NCBI GenBank assembly: GCA_963789095.1
Contig: CAWBJK010000004.1
Span: 7,334-71,333, forward strand
DNA length: 64,000 nucleotides
Direction of reading: 5' to 3'
Source: an uncultured Actinomycetota bacterium
Lineage (GTDB): Bacteria; Actinomycetota; Actinomycetes; Actinomycetales; Microbacteriaceae
Shown: positions 26,645-36,374 of the stretch, in pieces
How the letters are laid out: the number at the start of each line of letters is the position of its first letter
How positions within the stretch are numbered: the first letter of the stretch is position 1
Notes under the pieces: generated by a model
Database searches by the model: none
Told to the model about the DNA's origin: nothing
Seen by the model: the letters and a program-made list of their open reading frames with translations, nothing else
Translations under genes and position numbers: made by a program

Positions 26645-26730
26645 GGGACATGTCCCCGTTTCGGTAGGGGATGTCCCGAATTCGGTTGCCAGCGCCCCAC
26701 CGAAGCAACCGAAATCGGGACATGCTCCCC
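26645..26730. repeat. Three copies (two direct, one inverted) of a ~22-bp unit GGGA(C)ATGTCCCG-A/T-TTCGGT(TGC), forming a long hairpin between convergent genes
   Basis: The perfect 12-bp palindrome gggacatgtccc lies at 26645-26656. Arm 26674-26689 (tcccgaattcggttgc) pairs 15/16 with 26705-26720 (gcaaccgaaatcggga). Confidence 0.7.
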
Positions 26731-26739
26731 GCACCCGCC

Positions 26740-28212
26740 TCAGTCCGCGAGCACCTCCACCGGCGCGGCCCGCGTCGCCAGCCGCGTCGGGACGACCGCC
26801 GCCACGAGCGTCAGCACGACAGTGGCGGCCACGACGATCAGGGTGGGCACGAGCGGCACGGCCGGCAGCACGAAGGTGGGGGCCTGCCAGGCAGGCGGCA
26901 TCGGCACCGAGCCGAGAACCGACTGCGCAGCGACCCAGCCGTAGGTGATGCCGAGCAGGAGCCCGAACGCGAGGGCCGTCACCGTCACGTGGGCGGCCTC
27001 GAGGAGCACCATGCGGCGCACCTGCGCCGACGTGAGTCCGAGCGCGCGCAGCAGCCCGAGCTCGCGGCGGCGCTGCACCACGCCGATCGTGAGCAGATTG
27101 ACCAGGCCCACGGCTGCGATCACCGCGCTGACGGCGACGAGGGCCATCATGACGCCCGAGAACGAATCCATCATCTGGGTGAAGTACACGTCGGCGTCGC
27201 CGCCGCTCGATGCCGCCACGAGCACCTTCACCGACTCGGCGGCCACGGCGAACATGGTGACGAGCGCGACGCCCATGACCACTCCGATGGCCATACGGCT
27301 CGATCGCTCCGGGTAGCGCAACGCGTTCTCGGCCGCGAGACGCGCAGGGGTCGAGCTGCCGAACAGCCGCCCCGTGAGGCGCAGGAGCGGAGGCATGATC
27401 GCCGCTGCCGACAGGCTCAGAGCGGTGAACGAGAACAGTCCGCCGAAGAACGCGATGACGACGCCGAACGGGCTCAGGAGTCCGAAGAGCACGCCGATGA
27501 GGAGGAGCGCGACCCCGAGCGCGCCCAGCACGATGCTCACGGCGTTGCGGCCCCGGCGGTGCGTGACCTCTTCGTGCGTCTGCTCGACGGATCCGCCGAG
27601 CGCCTGCAGCGGTGTGACGGCGAGCACCCGGCGCGAACCCGCCCAGGCCGCGGCCCAGGTGGTGAGCGTCACGGCGACCGCAGGCAGCAGCAGTTCCCAG
27701 CGCGCGACGGTGTAGTCGACGCCCGCGCCCAGCACACGACCGAGGACGGGGAGGGCCGCCGCGACCGCCGCGGTGCCCAGCACGAGACCGGTGACCGCGC
27801 CGAGCGCGCCGACGAAGAACCCCTGACCGGCGATCTCGGTGCGCTGCGAGCGCGCCGACGCGCCGACCAGGCGCAGGAGGGCGATGCGACGGGTGCGTCC
27901 GGCGACGATCGTCGCGAAGGTGTTGGCCGTCACGATGGCCGCGACGTACACGGCGACGGCAAGCAGCAGCACGCCGAGGATGGCGATGATCGCGACGAGG
28001 GTGTCGGACTCGCCGTAATAGGGGTTGGCGGCGAAGACCGCGGCGATGTAGCCGGTCGCCGAGACCAGCGCGACACCGAAGACGGTCGAGATGGCCGACA
28101 CGAGCACGGTCGCCCCCATGCCGCGCTCACGCAGCCAGGCGAAGCGCGACGGAGCGAGCTGCCGCGGAAGAGGCTCGACGTCCGCGCCGGGAGCCGTAGC
28201 GAGCGCGGTCAT
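26740..28212 (-). CDS. ABC transporter permease, FtsX/MacB-like
   Basis: Multi-TM protein with duplicated FtsX-like segments. Its start overlaps the stop of the upstream ATPase (ATGA-type overlap at 28209-28212). Confidence 0.8.
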   Translation of the reverse strand: MTALATAPGADVEPLPRQLAPSRFAWLRERGMGATVLVSAISTVFGVALVSATGYIAAVFAANPYYGESDTLVAIIAILGVLLLAVAVYVAAIVTANTFATIVAGRTRRIALLRLVGASARSQRTEIAGQGFFVGALGAVTGLVLGTAAVAAALPVLGRVLGAGVDYTVARWELLLPAVAVTLTTWAAAWAGSRRVLAVTPLQALGGSVEQTHEEVTHRRGRNAVSIVLGALGVALLLIGVLFGLLSPFGVVIAFFGGLFSFTALSLSAAAIMPPLLRLTGRLFGSSTPARLAAENALRYPERSSRMAIGVVMGVALVTMFAVAAESVKVLVAASSGGDADVYFTQMMDSFSGVMMALVAVSAVIAAVGLVNLLTIGVVQRRRELGLLRALGLTSAQVRRMVLLEAAHVTVTALAFGLLLGITYGWVAAQSVLGSVPMPPAWQAPTFVLPAVPLVPTLIVVAATVVLTLVAAVVPTRLATRAAPVEVLAD

Positions 28213-29006
28213 GCTCCCACCTCCGCAGCCAGCATGTGGGCCGATACCTGCTCGGCGGTCTGGCGCGGCTTGTCGGCGACGATGCGTCCGTCGCCGAGGA
28301 AGACGACGCGGTCGGCATAGGCGGCGGCGACGGGGTCGTGCGTGACCATGGCGATGGACTGCCCGTGGTCGCGGCTCGCGGCCGCCAGCAGCGACAGCAC
28401 TTCGCGTCCCGACCGCGAGTCGAGATTGCCGGTCGGCTCGTCGGCGAACAGCAGGTCGGGAGCGGTGGCGAGGGCGCGGGCGATCGCGACGCGCTGCTGC
28501 TGCCCGCCCGAGAGCTGGTGCGGCCGATGGCGCAGCCGCGGTCCGAGTCCGAGCGATTCGATCAGGCCGTCGATGCGGGCGCGCTCGAGCGCCGAGGGGC
28601 GACGCCCGTCGAGGTCGAAGGGAAGGAGGATGTTCCCGAGGGCGTCGAGGGTCGGCACGAGATTGAACGACTGGAAGACGAATCCCACGCGGCGGCGCCG
28701 GAGGATCGTGAGGTCGAGGTCGGACAGCCCGGTGATCTCGGTGTCGCCGATCCAGGCGCGACCCGACGTGGGGGCGTCGAGGCCCGCCATGATGTGCATG
28801 AGCGTCGACTTGCCGGAGCCGGAGGGCCCCATGATCGCGGTGAACTCGCCGCGTCGGATGCCGACGGTGACGCCGTCGAGGGCACGGACGCCGCTCTCGC
28901 CGGCGCCGTAGGTCTTGGTGAGGTTCTGCACCCGGGCAGCCAGGCCCAGGTCGGTCGTGGTGATCTCCATGTCTTCGACGCTACGGATGGGCGCGTGCGA
29001 GGACAT
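28209..29006 (-). CDS. ABC transporter ATP-binding protein (MacB/LolD-like)
   Basis: [26 protein letters not shown] and [12 protein letters not shown] motifs. The start is ambiguous (29006 or 28970). Confidence 0.88.
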   Translation of the reverse strand: MSSHAPIRSVEDMEITTTDLGLAARVQNLTKTYGAGESGVRALDGVTVGIRRGEFTAIMGPSGSGKSTLMHIMAGLDAPTSGRAWIGDTEITGLSDLDLTILRRRRVGFVFQSFNLVPTLDALGNILLPFDLDGRRPSALERARIDGLIESLGLGPRLRHRPHQLSGGQQQRVAIARALATAPDLLFADEPTGNLDSRSGREVLSLLAAASRDHGQSIAMVTHDPVAAAYADRVVFLGDGRIVADKPRQTAEQVSAHMLAAEVGA

Positions 29007-29056
29007 CGGCCCGCAGTCGCGGGTGCGTACATCGCAAGGATGATCCGCGTCGGAGG

Positions 29057-29704
29057 TCAGGCGAGTCCGTGCTCGAACGCGAACACGACGAGCTGTACGC
29101 GGTCGCGGAGGCCGAGCTTGGTCAGGATGCGGCTGATGTGCGTCTTGACGGTGGCTTCGGACAGGTACTCGCGCGTCGCGATCTCGGCGTTCGACAGTCC
29201 CCGGGCGGCGAGCGCGAAGATCTCCCGCTCACGGTCGGTGAGGTCGGCGTACTGCGGCGGCACGGCCTTCGCCGATGCCTCGGCGAAGTGCGCGAACAGC
29301 TCGCGGGTGGCGGCGGCGGCGATCACCGACGAGCCGGCATGCACGGTGCGGATCGCGGCGAGGAGGAACTCGGGGTCGGCGTCCTTGAGGAGGAACCCGC
29401 TGGCCCCTCCGCGGATGGCGCGGGCGGCGGCCTCGTCGAGGTCGAAGGTGGTGAGCATCACGACCTTGGGCGGGGTGGGATCGTTCAGGAGCTCGGCGGT
29501 GGCGGTGAGGCCGTCCATCACCGGCATCCGGATGTCCATCAGCACCACGTCGGGCCGTTGCGCGCGCACGACGGCGAGCGCTTCCGCTCCGTCGCCCGCC
29601 TCGCCGACCACCTGCAGGTCGGGCTGCGAGTCGATGACCATGCGGATGCCGGCGCGGAACAGCGCCTGATCGTCGACGAGGACCACGCGGATGGGGTCGC
29701 TCAT
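29057..29704 (-). CDS. NarL/LuxR-family two-component response regulator
   Basis: A receiver domain (VVLVDDQ...DVVLMDIRMP) plus a C-terminal LuxR HTH (LTDREREIFALAARGLSNAEIA). Confidence 0.9.
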   Translation of the reverse strand: MSDPIRVVLVDDQALFRAGIRMVIDSQPDLQVVGEAGDGAEALAVVRAQRPDVVLMDIRMPVMDGLTATAELLNDPTPPKVVMLTTFDLDEAAARAIRGGASGFLLKDADPEFLLAAIRTVHAGSSVIAAAATRELFAHFAEASAKAVPPQYADLTDREREIFALAARGLSNAEIATREYLSEATVKTHISRILTKLGLRDRVQLVVFAFEHGLA

Positions 29705-30899
29705 GCCATCCCTCCGATCGGCAGGCTTGCCGCCACGACGTAGTCATCGCCGCGGGGGCCGGCCTCGAACGTCCCGCCGACGAGCTGCGCGCGCTCCCTC
29801 ATACCCACGAGGCCGTGCCCGCGGCCGTCGCCGGGGGCCGGCTCGCCGAGCGGGTTGGTGACGGAGAGGTCCACCCGATCAGGATGCCAGGCGAGCGCGA
29901 CCGCGACGGTGGGCCGCTCCCCCGCGCCGCGCCCACCGTGGCGGAGGGCGTTGGTGAGCGCTTCCTGCAGGATGCGGTACACGGCGAGCTGCGCGGCGGC
30001 GGGCGGCTCCCCGTGCGGGGCGGGATCGATGTCGACGCGCAGGTCGACGCCGGCGGCCCGCACCTGGGCGTACAGCTGCTCGAGGTCGGCGACGGTCGGC
30101 TGCGGGGCGTCGGCCTGCCGGTGGCGCAGCTGAGTGAGGAGCACGCGCACGTCCGACAGGGCGGAGCGCGCCGTCGTCGAGATGGCTCCGAGCGCTTCGG
30201 TGGCAGCCTCGGGCCGTGTGCCCGCTGCGTAGCGCGCACCATCGGCCTGTGCGATGACGACCGCGAGGGAGTGGGCGACGACGTCGTGCATGTCGCGGGC
30301 GATCCGGTTGCGCTCGGCCTCGATGGCGGTCTCGGCCTCGGCGCGCTGCTGCGCCTCTCGGTTCTCACGCGCGCGCACGCCGGTGCGCACGAGCGCGCCG
30401 ATGGTCCACGCGAGCAGCAGTGCGAGCGATGCGCTCACGAAGAACGTGACACTCACGGCGATGTTCGCGTCGAACCCGTCGGCGAAACGCCACCCTCCGC
30501 GCACGAGCGGGAAGATCACGAGGTACACGGTCATGGCGGCGGCGCCGACGAACGACGATCCGAAGCTCACCCAGAACAGGACGCGAGAGCCGTACGCCGC
30601 CGCGGCGTACAGCACGCCGAAGATCGCAAGGTTGGCAGCCATCGGGGCAGCCCGAACGCCATCTGGGTGATCGCCCCGCCCCATGCCACGGCGAGGGCGA
30701 GCGGCGGCGACCACCGGCGCAGCCCCAACGCGACGGCGAAGACGCCGCTCAGCACCACCGCGACCCCGATCTGCATCGGCGTGTCGATGCCGGGCCATCC
30801 GCCCGCGGAGGTCGTCAGCAGGAGGACCGTCGCGGCGAAGAACACGGCGGCCGTGATGGCGTCGATGATCATCCGATAGGTCGGCAGGGGGCGGAACAC
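29701..30899 (-). pseudogene. HisKA_3-type sensor histidine kinase with an apparent 1-nt deletion separating the first TM helices from the rest
   Basis: The kinase core (RIARDMHDVVAHSL, HATPase_c) is in ORF 29701..30798. The N-terminal membrane segment MFRPLPTYRMIIDAITAAVFF...ITQMAFGL is in ORF 30567..30899, a different frame. The frames meet at a CCCC run around 30643-30646. The total length of 1199 nt is 3n+2. Confidence 0.65.
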
Positions 30900-30957
30900 C
30901 CTTCGACGCTACGGGAGAGCGGCCGCGGTCGTCATCCGTCGCAGGATGTATGCCGCG

Positions 30958-31413
30958 TCAGTGGCTGGCGGGGAGCAGGGGCCGGTTCTCGAAGAACGTC
31001 TGGAGCACGACCGTCGTGCGGGTGCGCACCGACGCGGCGGCGCGGATCTCGCGGATGAGCTCTTCGAGCGCCCGCGGCGTCGAGACGCGGACGAACAGCA
31101 TGTAGGCGGCGTCGCCGGCGACCGAATGGCACGCCTCGATCGCGTCGAGGTGCTGAAGCATCTCGGGCGCGTTGTCGGGCTGCGCCGGGTCGAGGGGGGT
31201 GATCTCGATGAACGCCGCGAGCGGCTTGCCGACCGCCTCGGGGTCGATCGTCGCGCGGTAGCCGGCGATCGTGCCGTCGGCTTCGAGACGCTTGAGACGG
31301 GCTTGCACGGCGGAGACCGACAGCCCGACCTCGGCCGACAGGTGCGCCAGCGTGGCGCGTCCGTCGCGGGCGAGCGCCCGGACGATGCCGGCATCAACGT
31401 CAGAGAGGGTCAC
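30958..31413 (-). CDS. Lrp/AsnC family transcriptional regulator
   Basis: HTH_AsnC (DAGIVRALARDGRATLAHLSAEVGLSVSAVQARLKRLE) plus a RAM/AsnC_trans_reg C-terminus. Confidence 0.9.
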   Translation of the reverse strand: MTLSDVDAGIVRALARDGRATLAHLSAEVGLSVSAVQARLKRLEADGTIAGYRATIDPEAVGKPLAAFIEITPLDPAQPDNAPEMLQHLDAIEACHSVAGDAAYMLFVRVSTPRALEELIREIRAAASVRTRTTVVLQTFFENRPLLPASH

Positions 31414-31424
31414 AGGATCACGCT

Positions 31425-31441
31425 ACAGGAAACTTTCCTGT
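31425..31441. promoter_or_regulatory. 17-bp palindrome in the Lrp / unknown-gene divergent promoter region
   Basis: acaggaaa-c-tttcctgt has perfect 8-bp arms and begins 12 nt upstream of the Lrp start. A TAGTAT -10-like hexamer lies at 31472-31477 facing the + strand gene. Confidence 0.45.
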
Positions 31442-31517
31442 CGCCATCTTCATGAAGCGGAAGAACTCTCGTAGTATGGCCTGAATCCCGCACACTCGAC
31501 AGGATCGGAGGTTCAAC

Positions 31518-32936
31518 ATGTCCCTGACCGCGCACACGCCCGCCACCGTCATCGGCGAACCCGAGGTCGTCGAGGACGGCCGGCCCCTGGCCGCACAGCC
31601 CGCCTGGATCGCCCTCAAAGGCGCCGCGACCGCGCTGCAGGCGATGCAGTCGCAAGACGGGTCGGTCGCCGACCCCGCCGACCACGACGCCGCAGCACGC
31701 CACGTCGAGACGATCACCCGTGCGATCACCGCGCTCGCCCCGCTCTTCCCGCACGACGCCGACTACCTCACCGCCAGCGTGCGCGATTTCGAGCGCTGGG
31801 TCGCCTCCGGGTTCGTCGTGCCCGACTTCCTCGACTCGCTTTCCGCGTTCCAGCCGCAGCAGCATCGCGTCGACGGGCTCGCGCACCTCGTCGTGTTCCC
31901 GATGTACACGCAGAACGGCTCGCGCAACCGCTACGTCGAGGCGGTGCTCGTCGAGGTCATCTGGCCGGAGTTCATCGCGGCGCTGGAGACGACGTACACG
32001 AACACGCTGTTCGTGTCGCTGCGTCTGCTCGACTTCACCCCCGGCTACGACACCAATTCGGCCGTGCTGTTCCCCGAGACCGTCGCGATGCGCGAGATTC
32101 CCACCTTCACGTGGGGCGCGATCTTCCAGGACCGCGAAGCGGCACGCTACCGGCGCGTCGTGCGCGCCGCCTCCGAGATCACGAAGCTCGACCTGCCCCC
32201 CGACGCCGCGCGCATGCTCGACGACCAGGCGCTCACCGAGAAGACGTTCGTGATGTGGGACATCATCCACGACCGCACCCACATGCGCGGCGACCTGCCG
32301 TTCGACCCGTTCATGATCAAGCAGCGGATGCCGTTCTTCCTCTACTCGCTCGAAGAGCTGCGCTGCGACCTCACGGCCTTCCGCGAATGCGTGCAGATCG
32401 AGAAGCGGCTGCGCGAGCGTTCCGACGAGCTCACCGCCACGGAACGGGAGATGCTCGAGCACGCCCACCTCGTGCAGTACGCCGTCATCTTCGACCGGAT
32501 CTTCCGGTTCGCGATCACCGGCACCCGCGTGCGCAACTACGACGGCGTCGGCGGACAGCTGCTGTTCGCCTGGCTGCACCAGCGCGGCGTGCTGCACTGG
32601 ACCGACACGGCACTCGCCTTCGACTGGGACGCCGTGCCCGCCGCCGTGGTCGCACTCGGCGACGCGATCGACGAGCTCTACTGGCGCTCGATCGACCGTC
32701 CCAAGGTGGCGCACTGGCTCGCCGCGTACGACCTGGTGCGCGCGACGCTGACGCCGCATCCCGCGTCGCAGTGGGCGCGCGGCCTGTCCGACGAGATCCT
32801 CGCGGGGCCGCCGAAGGGGTACACGGACGCCGTGCACGACGACGAGTTCCCGCTGTCGATGTTCTTCGAGGCGCTGGAGAAGAAGATGCGCGATGTGATC
32901 GTTTCGACGTCGGGCATCACGGGGGCCGATGCCTGA
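31518..32936 (+). CDS. Conserved hypothetical protein (472 aa) with an HxxxH...EExRxD motif pair
   Basis: Strong coding bias and GGAGG RBS before ATG 31518. The motif is WDIIHDRTHMRGD...SLEELRCDL. I cannot name a family with confidence. Confidence 0.6.
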   Translation: MSLTAHTPATVIGEPEVVEDGRPLAAQPAWIALKGAATALQAMQSQDGSVADPADHDAAARHVETITRAITALAPLFPHDADYLTASVRDFERWVASGFVVPDFLDSLSAFQPQQHRVDGLAHLVVFPMYTQNGSRNRYVEAVLVEVIWPEFIAALETTYTNTLFVSLRLLDFTPGYDTNSAVLFPETVAMREIPTFTWGAIFQDREAARYRRVVRAASEITKLDLPPDAARMLDDQALTEKTFVMWDIIHDRTHMRGDLPFDPFMIKQRMPFFLYSLEELRCDLTAFRECVQIEKRLRERSDELTATEREMLEHAHLVQYAVIFDRIFRFAITGTRVRNYDGVGGQLLFAWLHQRGVLHWTDTALAFDWDAVPAAVVALGDAIDELYWRSIDRPKVAHWLAAYDLVRATLTPHPASQWARGLSDEILAGPPKGYTDAVHDDEFPLSMFFEALEKKMRDVIVSTSGITGADA

Positions 32937-33606
32937 CGGCGCCGCGGGGGGCGGCGTCGTCGGGCGACTCGTGCTCGTCGCGGGAGCGACCAGCGCGAGC
33001 GGAACGGCGGCGACGCGTGCGCTGGTGGGGGCCGGCGCACGCGTGGTCGCGGTGGGCCGCGACCCCGAGCGGCTCGCGGCACTGTCGGCGCTCGGAGCCC
33101 ACGTGGAGGTGTGCGACCTCGCCGACGAGGACGACGTCACCGCCCTCGCCGCCCGCCTGCACGCGGCAGGCGACCGCATCGACGGCATCCTGCATCTCGT
33201 CGGCGGCTGGCGCGGCGGCGGGGGCCTGGCCGGTCAGACCGACGCCGACTACCGCTTCCTGGAGCGTGCGCTCAGCGCCCTCCGGTTCGTGACGCGCGCG
33301 TTCGCCGACGATCTGACGGCGGCCGGCGCGGCGCGGCTCGCGATCGTGTCGTCGACCGCCGTCGAGCGACCGCTCGCCGGCAGCGCGAACTACGCCGCGG
33401 TGAAGGCCGCTTCGGAGGCGTGGACCCGTGCGGTTGCGCAGGGGTGGGCGAAAGCGGCGCGAGACGGCGGCGAGCCGCTGCGCGCCGCTGCCGTCGTGTT
33501 CAGGGTGAAGAGTCTCGCGGGGCGCGAAGACGCGCTCGCGAACGCCTACCTCGCCCTGTGGGACGTTCCCGCCGACGCCGTCAACGACACGGTCACGACG
33601 CTGTAG
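32929..33606 (+). CDS. Short-chain dehydrogenase/reductase (SDR) family protein
   Basis: The Rossmann motif VAGATSASGTA and catalytic YAAVKAA are present. The start overlaps the 3' end of the upstream gene by 8 nt. Confidence 0.75.
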   Translation: MPDGAAGGGVVGRLVLVAGATSASGTAATRALVGAGARVVAVGRDPERLAALSALGAHVEVCDLADEDDVTALAARLHAAGDRIDGILHLVGGWRGGGGLAGQTDADYRFLERALSALRFVTRAFADDLTAAGAARLAIVSSTAVERPLAGSANYAAVKAASEAWTRAVAQGWAKAARDGGEPLRAAAVVFRVKSLAGREDALANAYLALWDVPADAVNDTVTTL

Positions 33607-33619
33607 CCCGGGTTGCCGG

Positions 33620-35131
33620 TCACGTCCGGTCGGCGACGCCTCCCCGCGCCTGCGGCGCGGCGGCGGGAGGCACAGCAGCGCCCGCGCTGCCGGCGGCGCT
33701 CGATCCATCGGACTCGTCAGCGCCGTCGGGGGCTTCGGAGCTCTCGGGTGCGGTCGCATACTGCGCCGACAGGGTCCGGTAGGAACGGGTCGCGAAGGCC
33801 AGGATGGCGAACACGATCATGACGCTGCCGGCGACCAGGAACACGAGCGCGATCCCCCGCGCTTCGCCTTCGCCCAGCAGCCAGCCCCACGCCTCCTGGC
33901 CCTCGGCCGAGTTCATGTACGGGATGATCCAGAACTCCGCGAGCGGAGCGATGAGGAACGCCGTGACCGGCGCAGCCGCCACCTCGATCGCGGTCGCCGC
34001 TCCGAAGACGCGCCCCTGCCGCTCGAACGGCACGACCTTCTGGATGACGGTCTGCTCGGCGGCTTCGATCGCGGGGATCAGCATCATGTACAGCCAGATT
34101 CCGAGCGCGTACAGCCACCACCATTCGCGGATGGTGAACAGGGCGCCGAGCATCCCCATCACGATCACGAGGAGCAGCATCGTGCGGATCGGATTGCGCC
34201 CGAGACCCCGCGAGGCCACGACACCGCCGCCGATCAGGAAGCCCGTGGCCGTCACGCCGAGCACGACCCCCCACCATTCGACGGGGAAGAGCGTGAGCCC
34301 GTAGGGGTCCATGAGCGCCATGTACACGCCGCCCACGAGGTTGTTGAACGTGGAGAACAGGATGAGCGCGAACAGTCCGGGGACGACACGGATCGCCGCC
34401 GCAGCACCCTTCACGTCGATGAGCTTGCTGCCCTCGGCTCGCTCCGGCTCGTCTTCGGGAAGGTGGAGGGTAAGCAGGTGGCCCAGCGCGAGAGCGGTGA
34501 AGGCGATCGCGATGACGAGCGTCCACCCCATGCCGAGCAGACCGATCGACAGCCCCGAGAACACACTGGTGATGAGGAAGGCGAGGCCCTGAACGGTGCC
34601 CACGAGGCCGTTGGCATTGGCGTGGCGCTCGGTGGGCACCAGAAGCGTGACGGTGGTCGACAGGGCGATGTTGCGGAGGTTCTCGACCACGGCTCCCGCG
34701 AGGATGATGCCCGAGAAGAGCCAGAACCACGGTCCGCCGAGGTCGAGCAGCGCCGCCTCGGGCTGCGCCAGGTACAGGCCGCCCGCGATCAGGAACGCCG
34801 CGAGGGTGACGAACGCCGACAGCACCATGACACGGTGCTTGCGGTGGCGGTCGACGAACGTGCCGAAAACCATGCCGAAGACCGCGAGGAGCAGCATGTA
34901 CGCCCCGCCGATGATGCCCGTCGCGAGCACCGAGCGGGTCTCGAGGTACACCCAGAACGTGAGCGCGAACCACAGGTAGCTCGTCGTGACGTTGGCCGCG
35001 GCCGTGTTGACCAGCACGTGGAGGAACGTGCGCATGCCGTGCGGTGGGACCTGCCGAGCAGGCACGCTGTCGCCCGGGGAGGGCGCGTCGACCGAGCTCG
35101 GGGAGTCTGCCGAGGAGAGGGCGTCGGACAT
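33620..35131 (-). CDS. MFS transporter
   Basis: About 12 predicted TM helices. ATG 35131 (MSDALSS...) is the first plausible start in ORF 33620..35266. Confidence 0.8.
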   Translation of the reverse strand: MSDALSSADSPSSVDAPSPGDSVPARQVPPHGMRTFLHVLVNTAAANVTTSYLWFALTFWVYLETRSVLATGIIGGAYMLLLAVFGMVFGTFVDRHRKHRVMVLSAFVTLAAFLIAGGLYLAQPEAALLDLGGPWFWLFSGIILAGAVVENLRNIALSTTVTLLVPTERHANANGLVGTVQGLAFLITSVFSGLSIGLLGMGWTLVIAIAFTALALGHLLTLHLPEDEPERAEGSKLIDVKGAAAAIRVVPGLFALILFSTFNNLVGGVYMALMDPYGLTLFPVEWWGVVLGVTATGFLIGGGVVASRGLGRNPIRTMLLLVIVMGMLGALFTIREWWWLYALGIWLYMMLIPAIEAAEQTVIQKVVPFERQGRVFGAATAIEVAAAPVTAFLIAPLAEFWIIPYMNSAEGQEAWGWLLGEGEARGIALVFLVAGSVMIVFAILAFATRSYRTLSAQYATAPESSEAPDGADESDGSSAAGSAGAAVPPAAAPQARGGVADRT

Positions 35132-35220
35132 ACGGCGAGGGTACCGACCGCGTCCGACATCCGTAACCCGTCCCGGACAGGTGCGAGCTGGTGTACTACC
35201 CCGACAACGCCTGATCAGCA

Positions 35221-35256
35221 GACGCATCGGCCGGTCAGGACGACGGCCGATGCGTC
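35221..35256. promoter_or_regulatory. Perfect 12-bp-stem inverted repeat in the MFS/ltaE divergent region
   Basis: gacgcatcggcc, a 12-nt loop, then ggccgatgcgtc. It ends 26 nt before the GTG of the aldolase gene. Confidence 0.3.
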
Positions 35257-35281
35257 GCTGCGGCAACTAGGCTGGGATGTC

Positions 35282-36352
35282 GTGACGACGCTCCACGACA
35301 CCAGCATCCGCGGCTTCGCCAGCGACAACTACTCCGGTGTGCATCCGGAGGTCCTCGCGGCCATCGCCGCCGCCAACGACGGACACCAGATCGCCTACGG
35401 CGAAGACGCCTACACGGCGCGGCTGCAGGAGGTGTTCGCGGCCCACTTCGGCGAGGGGGTCGAGGCGTTCCCGGTGTTCAACGGCACGGGCGCGAACGTC
35501 GTCGGGCTGCAGTCGATGCTTCCGCGCTGGGGCGCCGTCATCGCGGCGTCGACCGCGCACATCAACGTCGACGAGGGCGGCGCGCCCGAGCGCGTCGCCG
35601 GCATCAAGATCCTCAACGTCCCCACCGACGACGGAAAGCTCACGCCCGAGCTGATCGATCGGGAGGCGTGGGGCTGGGGCGACGAGCACCGCGCGCAGCC
35701 ACTGGTGGTGTCGATCACGCAGTCCACCGAACTCGGCACGCTGTACACGCCCGACGAGATCCGCGCGATCGCCGATCATGTCCACAGCCGCGGCATGCGC
35801 CTCCACCTCGACGGGGCGCGCATCTCGAACGCCGCCGCCGCACTCGGCCTCCCGCTGCGCGCCTTCACGCGCGATGCGGGCGTCGATGTGCTGAGCTTCG
35901 GCGGCACGAAGAACGGCGCCATGCTCGGCGAGGCCGTGGTCGTCCTCGACCCGGCCGCATCCGACGGCCTCCTCTTCCTGCGCAAGCTCAACATGCAGCT
36001 GTCGAGCAAGATGCGATTCGTGTCGGCCCAGCTCATCGCGCTCCTCGAGGGCGACCTCTACCTCCGCAACGCCCGCCATGCCAACGCGATGGCGGCGCGC
36101 CTGCGGTCGGCGGTCGAGGAGGGCGTGGCCGACGGGTCGATCCGAGGCGTCGCGTTCTCGCAGCCCACACAGGCCAATGGCGTGTTCGCGACGCTGCCCG
36201 ACGGCGTCGCCGACCGCCTGCGCGAGAAGTTCCGGTTCTACGACTGGGACGCCGCGAAGAACGAGGTGCGCTGGATGTGCTCGTTCGACACGACGGAAGC
36301 CGACGTCGACGCGTTCGTCGCCGAGCTCGGCCGTCTCACGACGTCCGCCTGA
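35282..36352 (+). CDS. ltaE: Low-specificity L-threonine aldolase (PLP-dependent)
   Basis: FASDNYSGVHPEVLAAI...FNGTGANVV...SFGGTKNGA is the beta-eliminating lyase / threonine aldolase pattern with a PLP-binding Lys. Confidence 0.8.
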   Translation: MTTLHDTSIRGFASDNYSGVHPEVLAAIAAANDGHQIAYGEDAYTARLQEVFAAHFGEGVEAFPVFNGTGANVVGLQSMLPRWGAVIAASTAHINVDEGGAPERVAGIKILNVPTDDGKLTPELIDREAWGWGDEHRAQPLVVSITQSTELGTLYTPDEIRAIADHVHSRGMRLHLDGARISNAAAALGLPLRAFTRDAGVDVLSFGGTKNGAMLGEAVVVLDPAASDGLLFLRKLNMQLSSKMRFVSAQLIALLEGDLYLRNARHANAMAARLRSAVEEGVADGSIRGVAFSQPTQANGVFATLPDGVADRLREKFRFYDWDAAKNEVRWMCSFDTTEADVDAFVAELGRLTTSA

Positions 36353-36374
36353 CCTCGCGGCGAGCCCGAGCGGG

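Noticed and set aside
26740-30899. ABC (FtsX/MacB-like) plus NarL-type two-component module as a novel system
   Set aside because: This is a common actinobacterial arrangement associated with envelope or antimicrobial-peptide stress. Only the kinase frameshift is noteworthy.
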